A stretch of 51,913 bases of DNA, filler included, from Streblomastix strix (taxonomy: Eukaryota): the NCBI GenBank assembly GCA_008636045.1. It is 2 parts of 2 records of this genome, joined end to end, with 100 filler letters (N's around TTAATTAATTAA, not from the genome) between each part and the next. Parts side by side here need not be neighbours in the genome. Positions count along the whole stretch, not along the records: positions 26,021 to 51,913 come from SNRW01000186.1; 1 more part is not named here. The stretch is one strand, 5' to 3'. Under the pieces are notes generated by a model that saw only the letters and a program-made list of their open reading frames with translations, was not told where the DNA came from and did not search any database. The stretch's first letter is position 1. Each line of letters starts with the position of its first letter. The position numbers were made by a program, and so were the translations under genes. Of this stretch, positions 26,021 through 38,512 are shown piece after piece.

Positions 26021-29000
26021 AATACAGTACACCAAAAGCAAATACAGTCTCTTAATTCTATTGCTGAAAAAAATGCACAAATTGAAAATAAAGCATTAAA
26101 AGATAGAGAAGAATAATCCAGTAATAAGTTATTTGAAGAATTGAGATAAATGTTATACTGGACAAGAAATAAACTACCAAATGTTGCTCGTCCTTTGCAA
26201 GATGTAATTTGCAAATTCTTTAATTAGCTTATTGAAGGAAATCAGAAAGGAGTTAATATTGCTATAAATTCAGGATTTGCGAATGAACTTAAAGATCTTG
26301 TTGGAAAAATACTTCCAGTTAATGAAATATAGCCTTTCCATCTTCAGGGATTTAAAAATCTTTTTTAGCTTTGTTCTGATGAGAATTTTCATGATTTCTA
26401 TACTCAAATGATTGATTTTTAAATAATAATAAGAACATTAAATAGTGCCAATTCAGAAGTTATAGAGATTGCAGTTGATATTATCCTCATATCAATTCTT
26501 AATGAAATGAAATTCTTTGATAATAATAAAGTGATTCCAGTAATATCAGATGCTCTTGAGCATGATGGAATTGTTAATGTACTTTATTAGAATGTGTTAA
26601 TAAAAGAAGGAACAAGTAAAAGAGCCAAGAATTAAGCTGCAATATCAATTGGAAGACTTTATGAAAAGACTGAACTTCCACAGAAATATACTAATGCAGT
26701 TATATTGTAATTGAAAAAAGGAACAAAGAGTGAAATCAAGGATATTTCTGTTGGTTCTTTACAAATTTTGAATTAACTTTCAAAGAATCAAGGTATATCA
26801 AACATAAATGACAATTTATTATTAAAGTTAGTTTTTTTTTTACTAACTTTTTTTTCTTGATAACCTTGCTTTAATTCTTTATAACAACTTTATAGTTGGT
26901 TTGATATATTGTTTGAGGTATTAATTATAAATAATATAATATTGTTTTTTATAAAAAATCAAATTTTTTTGATAATTTTCTAAATTAATTTTTTCATATT
27001 TTCACTTATTTTTTTCAGATCTGATGATAATGATATATTAATTGAATCATTATTACTTACTGAAAATTTACTTATGAATGGATCAAACGAAATTAAAGAA
27101 TAAATATAGAATAAACTCCCCGCAGAAGTAATTAACTAATATATGAAGAGTAATAATTTAAATATACAATAATATGCATAAAAGCTTAATTCATGGATAA
27201 AAAGAAGAGATGAAATGAATATACTCTCTAATCTGAAATAATAAATTGAACTTATTCCAACTAATAACAGAGATTAATTAGTTGAATAAATTACATTCAA
27301 TTAGATTTGTTCTATTCTTCATGAAGGAATTAAAGGAGAAGTTGAATATTTTGGAGTTTTCTTATTTGGATGTGAAATTGCATGTTTTCTCCTGAATGGT
27401 AATAAACGAGTAATTTAAGCATCATTAGAAGAAAATGGATTAGTTGATTCGCTTGTTGCATTTCTCCATTCAATTCCACCAGATATGATTATGCCTGATC
27501 ACATTGAAACATTATATCAATTATTATATTATGCCTCTGAAGGATAGAAGAAATTGCTCATTGATAAATAAGTTATGGGAACAATGTGCCTCTCACTTAA
27601 TACTACAAATGAGCAAATGCTTGAAATGCTTATAAACATGATTAATGTGTTAATTAATGATGGATAATTAATATTAAAATAGTGGTAATCATATCCATAT
27701 AAATCAACATTTGAATCAGATGAAACAATTTCCAGACTTGTTTAATTAATCCATCGCACAGATCTCACAAACTCTAAAATCAAACTCAAAGCAGCATAAA
27801 CAATTGGAACAATTTTCAAAGCAACTCTTCTTCCAAAAGAGATCAGATAAATTGTTATCAGCATAATCAAAAAAGACTTGGAAGATATAAATAACACAAA
27901 GAATTATATGGATATTGTTATTTTAAAATATTTAGCTGAATGCAAACGTATGCTTAAATAATATTTATTATTTATAATTTTATAATTTTATAATTAATAA
28001 TATTATTATATTTTTTATTAATTTTATTATTATATTTTTTATTAATTTTATTATAATATTTTTTATTATTATTATAATATTAAGTGAATTAGGAATAAAT
28101 TCTTGCGGATTCATTTCCAAAGAAGATTAATAACTTTATTGGAAGTTATGATATTATGGTTTAAATTCGCACTCTTTAGCTTCTTAAAACCCTCATAGAC
28201 TTTGGAACATCTGAAACTAAAACAAATTTAATATCAAAAATTTAATTGAATGAAATCAAAAGATTAGCTCAATCATCATAAATGGTAATTAATAATGAAG
28301 CTTATAAGACTCTCGAACTTGTTGATTATAAAATAGATCATAATCAATAAGAAACCAGTTAGAAGAAACAGGAATGAATAAAATAATTAATTGAAAAAAT
28401 GAATCTGAAAGAAAATATGGCAAAGAACTATTAATATGATTAAGCTTTTATTTAAAAGAAGATTTAGGAAATTAAATAACTGAACAGAAATATTAAGAAA
28501 GAAAATATGATTAATTTGAATTAGGAGTAATTTAATGAAATTGGAGAGATAATGACTTTAATATAAATAGAATTATATTAATAAATGCTAAATAAAGAAG
28601 AAGAAAAATTAAATAGAGAAAATAAAACTAAAGATATATAATTATAAATAGAAAATGTAATAAGTTAACCATAAATAAATTTGAAAAATGAATTGTTAGA
28701 AATATTTGAATAATTATTTGAATTCTTATATGAAGATTTAACCTGGAATAGATAAACAACTGCTTTTATAATGAAATCTCAAATTCCATAACAATTAATA
28801 TTAATCCTTCAACTTCTTGATCTTGATGACATTGGTTATACTCCAATTTTCACATTATACAATCTTTTAATCTGGTCAAATGATGAGGAGAAGATGTTAC
28901 TGTTCAAATATGGAGCTGTTGATGCTATGCTTCTAACTATGAATAGTACAAATTAAACAATATTTGAATGTTCAACAAATATAATCACCAATATTCTTTC

Positions 29001-32000
29001 AGCAATCATGCAATAAGGACTAATTGATGAATATACAAATATCACATAATACATCTTCTCCAAATTTTATTAATAATTAGAAGAAGAAAAACAAACTCGC
29101 AGTAGTTTTTCAATGTGGTGTATATTTATTATATTTCTCTCAAAAATAATATCTTTATCTCCTTCACAAACAAAAATTTAACTTTATAACTTAGGAATTA
29201 TTCAATAATTAATTAATCTTAAAGAAGTTTCTCACTTAATTAAAGGAAATATCTAGTAAATAATTTCAGATGTTTTGAGTGCTGGATCAGAGTAAGTTAT
29301 TTATTGAGAGTTGCATCCATGGTTCAATGCATTGGAAGCTGATGGTTCAATTTAGAAATTAATTGATAATAAATATTACACTCAACTTGCAATTCGATAC
29401 AAAGCAAAAGAACCACAAGTATAAATCAGACAATTTATGATTGGATAAATACTTTCGATTAGAAATGATTATTAATTACTATTTCAGACCGAAGAATAAC
29501 TCAATGCTTTGTGTTGTTTGGCTGAATCAAAAGGTTTATTTATAATTAAAATATTAATTAATTTGATTATTATATTTATTTTTCTTTATAATTCTTCAGA
29601 CAATCACTTATTGATTATTGAGCATAATGATTTCAAAGATTTCCTTATTTCCCCCAAAGTAGGAACTAACAGTTAAACATATCATTAACTTGTGAAACTT
29701 CTTCATCTTTTAACTGAAAAAGGAACCAATGAAACAAATAATAAAATTTGGGAAATTACTCCAATTCAACTCAGAGTTCAAATTCCTTCACTTTCTCAAT
29801 TCTATTAACAACAAATGAAGAAGAATGGGATTTCTTATCAGGATCTGCCAAGTTCATTTATTATTGATCTGATGTCAAATAAGGATTAAATCACCGAAAA
29901 CAATCAATAGGCTTCAATTCTTACTCCATCTGTTTGAAAGATTTTTTTGTTTAATCTTATAAATATTTGTTATTATTTAACATTTATATTGCAGGAGATT
30001 GGTTCACTGTTTTTCCAGATATTAGCCCTTCTTGACTTCTACTATAGACATACAACTCGAAAGGAAGAACATTCAAACATTCAAAGAAGAATTTCACCTT
30101 GGTTGGAAATCAGACTTTGTTTGTCAATTTTATTATTATTAATATTTTTTTTTAATTTTTAAACTGTCATTTTCAGTGATATTGTCACACTCACTTGTTC
30201 TTCAACTTCATCACAAAGAATAAAACTATATATTGACTGGATTCAAGTATTATTAACTTTACTATTTATTAGAATTTTTTAATATAATATTTTATTTCAG
30301 AAATCATGAGTACTGCAATGTAATGAATGCTATTATATTGGTTGAAGATCTTCTAATGAAATGTTAAAATAATTCAGAAGAGAATACAAAATAAGATTTA
30401 ATTAACATTATTGCTAAAATTAAAATGTAAAATAATAAAGGAGAAAATGTATGTTCATATTTTCAATTCTTTTTTTTATTATTTATTTACTTTTAAATAT
30501 TATCAGATTCGAATTAAAGAATTGCTTCAATTCAGAGTTAAAGAAGAAAAATAAAATGTTGAATTATAAGAAAATAAAAATGAATATAATAGAATTGTTT
30601 AATATTGGGAGGAACATGATGAATTTCAATTGGATATTATTGAACTAGATAAGATAGAAAACGATCTTCCAAAAACAAAATCAAATGATAATCTCAATTA
30701 AGAACAAGTAGTTCCCTTAATAGTTTCTTCTTCTTCATCTTCATCTTCATCTGTTAATATTGAAGCATAAATTCCTATATTTTCCAATGGTTTTATTGGA
30801 ATTTTCAAGTTAAATCCTGAATTCTGCATGATCAACCAAATAACTATAATAGATGAATATAAATATGAAAAATAGTAAGATTAGATGGAATAATATTCAG
30901 AAATAGAAGGAGTCGTGAAAGCAATTGGAGAAATCTTGATGAAAGAAGAAGAAAAGAATATTAGCAAAGTAAAAGAATATAATTGGGCTTGTGAAGCTGC
31001 AATTCCATTTCTTGGTTAGATTGTGAAGAATTAGGCAGAAAGATTTGAAAGAACAAAATCAATTCAAATAAAGAAATTTGAGTAATAAGCTATAATAACT
31101 CTTTCTCATATTGCAACAAAAGAAATATATTATTAGAAAGAATATTATTCATATAATGAATAATTATAATTCTTATTTCAAGCCCAATTTGAATTCGCTG
31201 GTTTGAGTGAATTAATTGAAAAAATTATTATGAAATTTGAGACTGAAAAAAATGAATCATATAACAATTTAGAGATATAAGTATAGAAAAATGATTTATT
31301 GAAAGAAAATGAAAATGAACGATAGTAAATAGAGATATATTTCAATATTATTAACTTTATACTATAAAACATCTATAAAAATAATGCAATAAATAATGCT
31401 AATAAATTAGGATTAATGAATATAATAGATTTACAATTATTTGCAAAAATTTCAAAAACTGATATTATTTAATCTCAATTATAAAAGATTATTCAATACA
31501 TTAAAAGTTTTATCAGCATTCTCATTTAGAAACAGATTGAATAAAATCATGGAAAAGTGATTATTTCTTCAGATAATAAAGAAGAAATTGATTAAAATAT
31601 TAGTCTTTTTGCATAATGTGTTTCATCATTAGTATCTAATGCATATGATAAACAACATGAATTTAACAGAGAATTATTACCCGATGAAGCAGAAATACTA
31701 CACCTTCTTATACAGCTATCTCTTCTCACTCTTCCAAATACAAATTAATATCATCTTCTCCAAGAATCATCATTAAGAGGAATTTCTAACTTACTCCCAT
31801 ATTAATAGCATCTCACTACATATACTGAAGAACAAAATCTTATATAACGCATCAGTTTCAATATTTCTGAAGCTTTTTCTTCTCCATACAACTTTGCACT
31901 TGCTCTTCGTGCTATAAGTTCCCTATATCTTCTCCTTTCAATTATAAAAGAACAATAAAAGTAATTCAATCCTGAAATCATTGAAGTAGATTTGGCAGTA

Positions 32001-32453
32001 TTTTTCCATTGGCTTATTATTAAGAGTAGATTCTATTCATAAAGCTGCACAACTTCAGAAGCGATTTGGAAATTTTGCATTGGTACCTTTGATAGAATTA
32101 GCTATTAAATTGATGAAAAGATTCATACATTTGTCTGTTGCTCTAAATTAGGTTAAATATTAAGTCTCTGGATTTGCAATGCTGGAGGAGAAGAATAAAA
32201 TGATATTAAGATAAAAGAAACATTGGAAAAATTATATTAGTATTATAAAGATCTTAATATAAAATATAGAATTGATTAAGAAGATATAGTGGATAACGCT
32301 CTTTAATAGAAGGTAAATAATCAGAAAATAAAAAAAGAATATGAGGAACAGATTTTAGAAGAAGGAATCAAAGAAGAATGCGAAGCTCATATTTTTTCGC
32401 TATAATCAAATATCAAACAAAAATCAGTTGATTTTAAGAAATAATTGATGTGA
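26021..32453 (+). CDS. Large multi-exon ARM/HEAT-like repeat protein (5'-partial), possibly a recent pseudogene
   Basis: Phase-consistent introns at 26793-26859, 26918-27018, 27948-28084, 29534-29599, 29932-29994, 30119-30176, 30247-30300 and 30449-30506. Repeated LAECK/LAESK-DN motifs. The last exon is ~650 open codons ending CNAGG..EQILEEG..TGA (32451-32453). In-frame TGAs at 28375 and 29305. Confidence 0.8.
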
Positions 32454-32699
32454 TTTTAGAATAAGCACTGATTAATATGAAAATACTATTCTGAATTCAA
32501 TAGAGTTTATTTTTATTATTCTTATGTCTGTCTTTGATTAATTTGCTATACTTTATATGAGGGAAAAAATAAAGTGTAGATCTTTGGACGATTAGTTTTA
32601 TTATTTAAATGTCAATTTATTGATACTATTCAGCATAAAGAATCAAAATTCTCATTCATAACCATATGACTTTCATAATATTGTTTCAAAAACTTAAAT

Positions 32700-33000
32700 T
32701 AAATTTATTAAAAAACTTACAGTTCTTATTAATATGAAGCGATCAATTACTATACAAATGTAAAATAATTTAAATTCACTTATTGTACCAATCTGGTCTT
32801 TGAATTTTCCAGTATATAAAGTGAAAAAATATAGATCCTTTGGTCCATTGTTTCTTCTTTAAAATTACCATTTCTTTGATTAATAAATATTATTGATTCA
32901 ATTTCTTCTATTTCACTTTCTTCCTCTATTTGGTCTATAAATCTACATGCAAGTAAATGAAGAGGATAGAAGGATGGTTTCCAAATATAATCTACCAATT
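32700..33000 (-). pseudogene. Orphan C-terminal fragment of the same expanded protein family
   Basis: KPSFYPLHLLACRFIDQIEEESEIEEIESIIF resembles the EQILEEG..EE motif ending the neighbouring genes. No upstream body was seen. Confidence 0.5.
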
Positions 33001-33257
33001 TTTATTCATTATTTTTTGTTTTATTTTATAAAAAGAAATACATTAATTTCTTAATTATAACTTTCATAAATCATTTAGTTTGTTTGAGATAAATATTATA
33101 TTGGGCAAGAAATAATCCATTTTAATTTCTTTTATATTTTATTTTTATGATATTATTAAATTTGAAAAGATTATTCAATAAACAAATGATAACATAATAT
33201 AAAACAATAAATTTATAATAAACACATAAGTAAATATTAACACACAAATATAATTTA

Positions 33258-35600
33258 TCACCAATAATTAATAATATGATTATGCGGCAAATAAGTTTTT
33301 GCTATTTCTTAATCAAATTTGTTTACTTCAATCTCATCAATTCCATCATATTCTTCTATTAATTCTTAAATATTTTTAATTTCAACATTTTGATTTGGAA
33401 TGTTTAATTCATTTAATCTGCAATGATCAAAAATATGTTCAATTTTCCTTATTGATTCTGTTCTGATTTCAATATCTTCTTCTTCACTACCTCCTCCTAT
33501 GCCTAATGCATTTATCAATCCGTTTTGAATATATATCTTATCAACAATATACAAATCATTTGTATTAATTGGATAATAGTTAATCATTAAATCTGCTAAT
33601 TATAAACTACTGAATCTGAGTGAAATTGTTAAATTTTCAATTGATTTGAATCTTTCTATAATTCTGCGTTGAAAGCAAGAAAACGAGAATAAATAATTAT
33701 ATAGAGCTGAATCAACGGATTCATGTTGCATTTTATCAAAGAAATAGAAATTAATGGACCAAAGCAGCTGAAGAGATGCAATAACTAACATTAATGATGA
33801 AGAAGATGGTTAAATAATCGATTGAGTAAGATGATGACACTTATATTTATTATTATACTTATTGTTATATATTGTTGAAAAACTTGCAATATGATGAGAA
33901 AGATGCTAAATTATTTTATGATTTTGCATTAAATCATTAGCAAAATCGAATTCTATTATATTTTTTCGAAAAACAAAGAGAACAGATGAATGAAATTCTT
34001 GCAAAGCAGACGAATCTGGAAGTGTGATGCTGTGATGGCAGTTTAAATATTCAGGGCAGTTAATATGAATAAGAGGGAAAATAAGCTTATGAAGTTTTCT
34101 TTAATTATTTGAAAATGGATAGAATTCATAGGGATTATTTCCTTTAAATGTAAGTGTCTGTAATAATAATGTAGCTTTTCCTAACTTCTTTTCAAATTAA
34201 TATTCTTATTCTTTCGTTATACTCATTCATGACATTTGACTTTCATTTTTTATCAACTAAACAATTCTCTATAAATTTGATTTGAAATATTAATATGATA
34301 TTTTCTTTAATTTACATTTATAATTCTTTCTTTGAATAGTAATAAAAAGTGAATTAATTAGTAATATTACAGTTTTAGACTAAGTCCAGTCTTTTTTAAC
34401 TCTTTTCATAATCTAAACTTTATTAAGTATTATCTCTTCTATTTTCTAAATCAATCCACATTCATTCATAATTTAATATAATTAACATTTTCCCAATATT
34501 TAATATATTCTGCAGCTTTTGTTAATTATTTTCTCAATCAAACAAATAATATATCTTTCCTTTTTTGTATTGCCCATTCCAAGCTCATCTTTCAACTTAA
34601 CACAAACTGAAATGTTTATAAATGGAGAAAGTTCATTCCAATTCATTTATCTTATAAGAAAAATCATAATTCTAATTATTTCAATCATTTATTCATCAGA
34701 TACCACTCTATTAAATTCTTTTATCCAAAAACAAAACTAATCGCAAAATTTAAGTTAATTGTTTTATAATTCAATTTCATTTTATTAATGATTTCTAAAT
34801 ATTAAATTACTATTTTATAATGATTAATCAGTAAAGGAGAAATCTGAAAACTATTTTATTAAAATTAATAAGTTAGATGTTTATTTTCTTTAAATTTCAA
34901 CATTATGATGTGAATATTATTCATCTATTATTTATTTTTATTTTTATTAAGTATTTTAATTTGCGGTTACATCAGTTATTTTATTACTAATTTAATTCTC
35001 ATTCATTTATTTACCTTTGTTAAAATTATTTATGTACTTAATAATTATTTTCCCAAAGTGAATTATTGTATCACTTATATTCATTAGCGTATTTTATATT
35101 ACATTCTTAAAAATATTAAACTTAATTTCATTTCTATCTTAATTTAAATATTCATCATCAGAACTTAAACTATCGGTATCAATAATATCATATATAAATT
35201 AATTATTATTATTTCTTTAAATAATTATTTATTAATTATTGAAATAATTTGTTGAGATTTTATTATTTTCATCTATATCTGGAGAATTACCAGTCAAATT
35301 AAAATAATCATTATATTTTTATAAATTCTATGTTCTTGATTTCAATAATTCAATGTTGGGTGTAATTTCGTTTAAATTTGATTATATTTCTTTATTAATT
35401 TCTATTTTATCTGGAGTTTTCATATATTACTCTAACTCTGTCGATTTCAAATCGTTTTCATAACTTAAATTCTATAAATTAATTTATAAAAAAAATATTT
35501 TCATTAAAATAATTGGTTGGCACACTTATTAATTGGATGAATTTAATTCAAATGATTTATTCTTACTATTTTAAACTCTTGAGGATTATTTATTTGACAT
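33258..35600 (-). CDS. Multi-exon protein of an expanded family (HINCP..NC; GIGGGSEEEDIEI; ELIEEYDGIDEIE)
   Basis: ATG at 35600, an intron at ~35525-35472, and further intron(s) within ~35012-34740. The terminal frame ~34740-33258 is open in the TAR=Gln code except for one TGA (34229-34227). It includes track ORFs 33600..33791 and 33366..33587 in frame and stops at TGA 33260-33258. Confidence 0.72.
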
Positions 35601-37228
35601 AATTAAAGCTAATTAAATGAATATAATAAAAATAAAAAATAAAAAATAGAAATAAAAATTTAAGTTGTTTATTAAACAATTATAATTATTTAAATTTAAA
35701 TATAATTTTATGCGTGTAAGCATTTATATTGCATCTATGAAGTGAAATCAAATCAATAAAACCAAGAATTTGGCAATTCTAAATTTTTTTAATATTGCTT
35801 ATTTTCTTGCGAAATGTTTATTTAAACATAATAGAAATGTTAAATATGTTATTTATTTAAAAGAAAACATTGCATGAGCGTATAAACATTTAGATTACGC
35901 TAATATATAGGTTGAAAACTGGAATAAACGGAAATTTCGCGATTTCATCATTGCACAATTTTATAAAATTATGTATATATAAACCATGCTACTTAAATAT
36001 TTTATCTTGGGTATGTCAAATTGACCCAAAGGATTTTGGCTGGGTTGGTCGGTCGGAGTTCTGTGGGAAAGAATAAATATATGATATTGCAAAAATAGCG
36101 TTTTACTTTATGCTGAAAAAATTGAAAAAAGAAAAAAATAATAATAAAATCTAAATATTATCAACAAATAATTAGAATTATATGTATATATGCTGATATT
36201 TAGTAATAATTTAAATATATTAAATTATTAAATATCCTATTTATTAAAAAAAACTCGTGATACATAAAAGAATTGGCAAATAATAAAAATAATTTTGTTT
36301 GAAGCAAACAGTATCATAATCGTAATTGTAATTTATTCAAATAAGTTAATAAACATATAAATTTAAAAAATAAAATAAAAATTAAAGATAAAGATATTGG
36401 CTGAGGGACGCACTGCTGTGATAAAAATTTTACCCAAAGTGCTAATTGAAGCTTATTTGAATCCATATTTTACTAAAATTTATATTTAAAAAATAAATTA
36501 AAATTAATTTTGTTGAAGAACTGTGGTAAATACTCTTGTTTGGAATGACCCAGACTGGGTCGGGAGAGGTCGGGTTGGGTTGGATCGGGTCGTTTTTTTA
36601 AAGCCAAATTTGGATTATAGCATGAATTGCGCGCCTTCTAGTTAATAGTACATAAATTGAATAAGACAGAAATTGAGAAATGATATATTTACACATAATT
36701 GTAATAATATTTGATTGATTATTTTTAATTTTCATTATATTTTGCCTCGAATATCATGAAAAAAAATAAAAAATCAACTATGCCGAATAATTTGATAAAC
36801 ATATTTCATTTTTATTAGTAAATTATTTATAAAATAAAAATTAAATAATATTTAAACAAAATAAAAAACAATTAAAATTTGATTTTGGAGAAAAATTAAA
36901 TTTTTACCATTTCTTGCTTTTCTCGCGTTAACGCCACAGAAATTGTCATATTGTTAAGTAAAAATAATTTTAAAATATTTATCTGTAAATATTTGCAAAC
37001 CGTAAACAATAATATATTCGATTCCTAGCGCAAAAATATAAATAATATTTTTGGCACTTTTTTTTTTATTCGAGCAAAATTGGAAATTTTATATTTATGA
37101 AAATTTTTAATAAAAATAATTCAAATGTTTTTTTTGAAATAAAATTTTAGATGTTGGTTCTGAACGGAACCATCAATATGTATATACAACCTTACACTGA
37201 TACATTCTCATTCATGACTTCTCATTCA

Positions 37229-38500
37229 TCATTTCTAAGCTCCAGCAGTTGTTGCCCGATCTGAATCCTTTATCATACTTCAGTTCTGAGCTACTTCCTG
37301 TGGTTCCTCGTCTTGATCAAATTTCTACATTTATGATTTCTAGTTATTCGCACTCTCATGATCGTTAGGAGACTAAGCTTCAACGGTTGGATTTGTCGAT
37401 GTGATCAGGAGAGAAGGAGGTGAAGCAAGAGTCTCTTATGGAGATAACTTTATATCATCTCCTAAAGGAGATTATTGTAGTACATTTCCACCGGAGACTC
37501 TTGCTCCACCCCTTAATTTTGAGATAATCTAAGTGAATTGCTTCTCGTCGTGATTCAATACGAGTGCAGATGCTATAAAATTCTGCTCCTTGTTCATAGC
37601 GAAAAAGTAGAACTTCTCATTCATTTTTGAATCTGGCGTATGGTGTGTAAAGACGTTTATTGTTCTCCGATCAAAACCTAATGTTGTAAGTTCTGTATAA
37701 GATGCATTTCTTATGGAGTTTGCAGTTGTGCTTTATACTCCAAGCATCTGAACAAATCTTTCAAGACGTGTGCTAATGTATTTCAGATCAGCTTGCTTCC
37801 AATTCTCCGTCCAGAATAAGTGTATGATGTCTGCTGGACTTTGTTAGAAGTGTTCTCTAAGTCTTGCTAACCAAACAAAAAAGGTCTCTGTTGGACACAC
37901 TCTACGATCTTCTGTCTTTTTTACGTCATAACTCTCTCTCTAAACAGATTGTTTGAGTGGAATGCAAACTGTTACTGTATGTTCTTCATCATTTTTGATC
38001 GATACTGATAGATCTATGATTGCCATCTCTTCCATTCTCGCAAAGCATAACGATATTAATGATGAAACTAGTTTTGTTTGTAGCTCTTCATCTGAGAGGA
38101 TATTACTTTCTGGTTTCTCGCTCAAATACTCAAAGAGTTGATTGATGTCTCAGGTGCTCCCATATCTTGGATTGTTAATCCTACAATTAGAAATTACGTG
38201 GGTGATGAGTCTCTACGCAGTTGTGGATGCCTATACTGTACCAAATATGAGAGAAAGTAATGTATTGAGAATTTATTCAGCATGTTTTGCAGATGATGGC
38301 TGTGTTTTTTTTGTTCTCATTAACAAAATTATGAATTCGATATAACATTTTGATATCTTCTTGATTATGATGTCTTCAATTGTATGGTTCAATTCTATCA
38401 TCATATCGTCTATCACTCCCATTGTCGATATATATTTCTTCAGGGTGTTGAACTATTGCCCTTCAATTATTTGTTGGGTCACTCTGGCTTGTTCACATTG
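37229..38500 (-). pseudogene. Tyrosine recombinase of element A
   Basis: LCFARMEE (Arg I), VCPTETF, ANSIRNAS (HxxR position), FTHH and KFYFF (Tyr). Tail ends ..DSDRATTAGAQK then TGA at 37231-37229. Internal TGAs include 38152-38150 in RYGST*DINQLF. Confidence 0.88.
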
Positions 38501-38512
38501 TTTAAAATTATA

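Noticed and set aside
25969..26214. Track ORF running into X residues
   Set aside because: It is antisense to the real gene and terminates in the artificial linker.
29292..29310. GTAAGT..AG mini-intron that might remove the TGA at 29305
   Set aside because: The possible lengths (17 or 19 nt) shift the frame and break the downstream LHPW motif.
36540..36592. GGGTT/GGGTC runs as telomeric repeats
   Set aside because: They are short, irregular and internal, and fit transposon subterminal repeats better.
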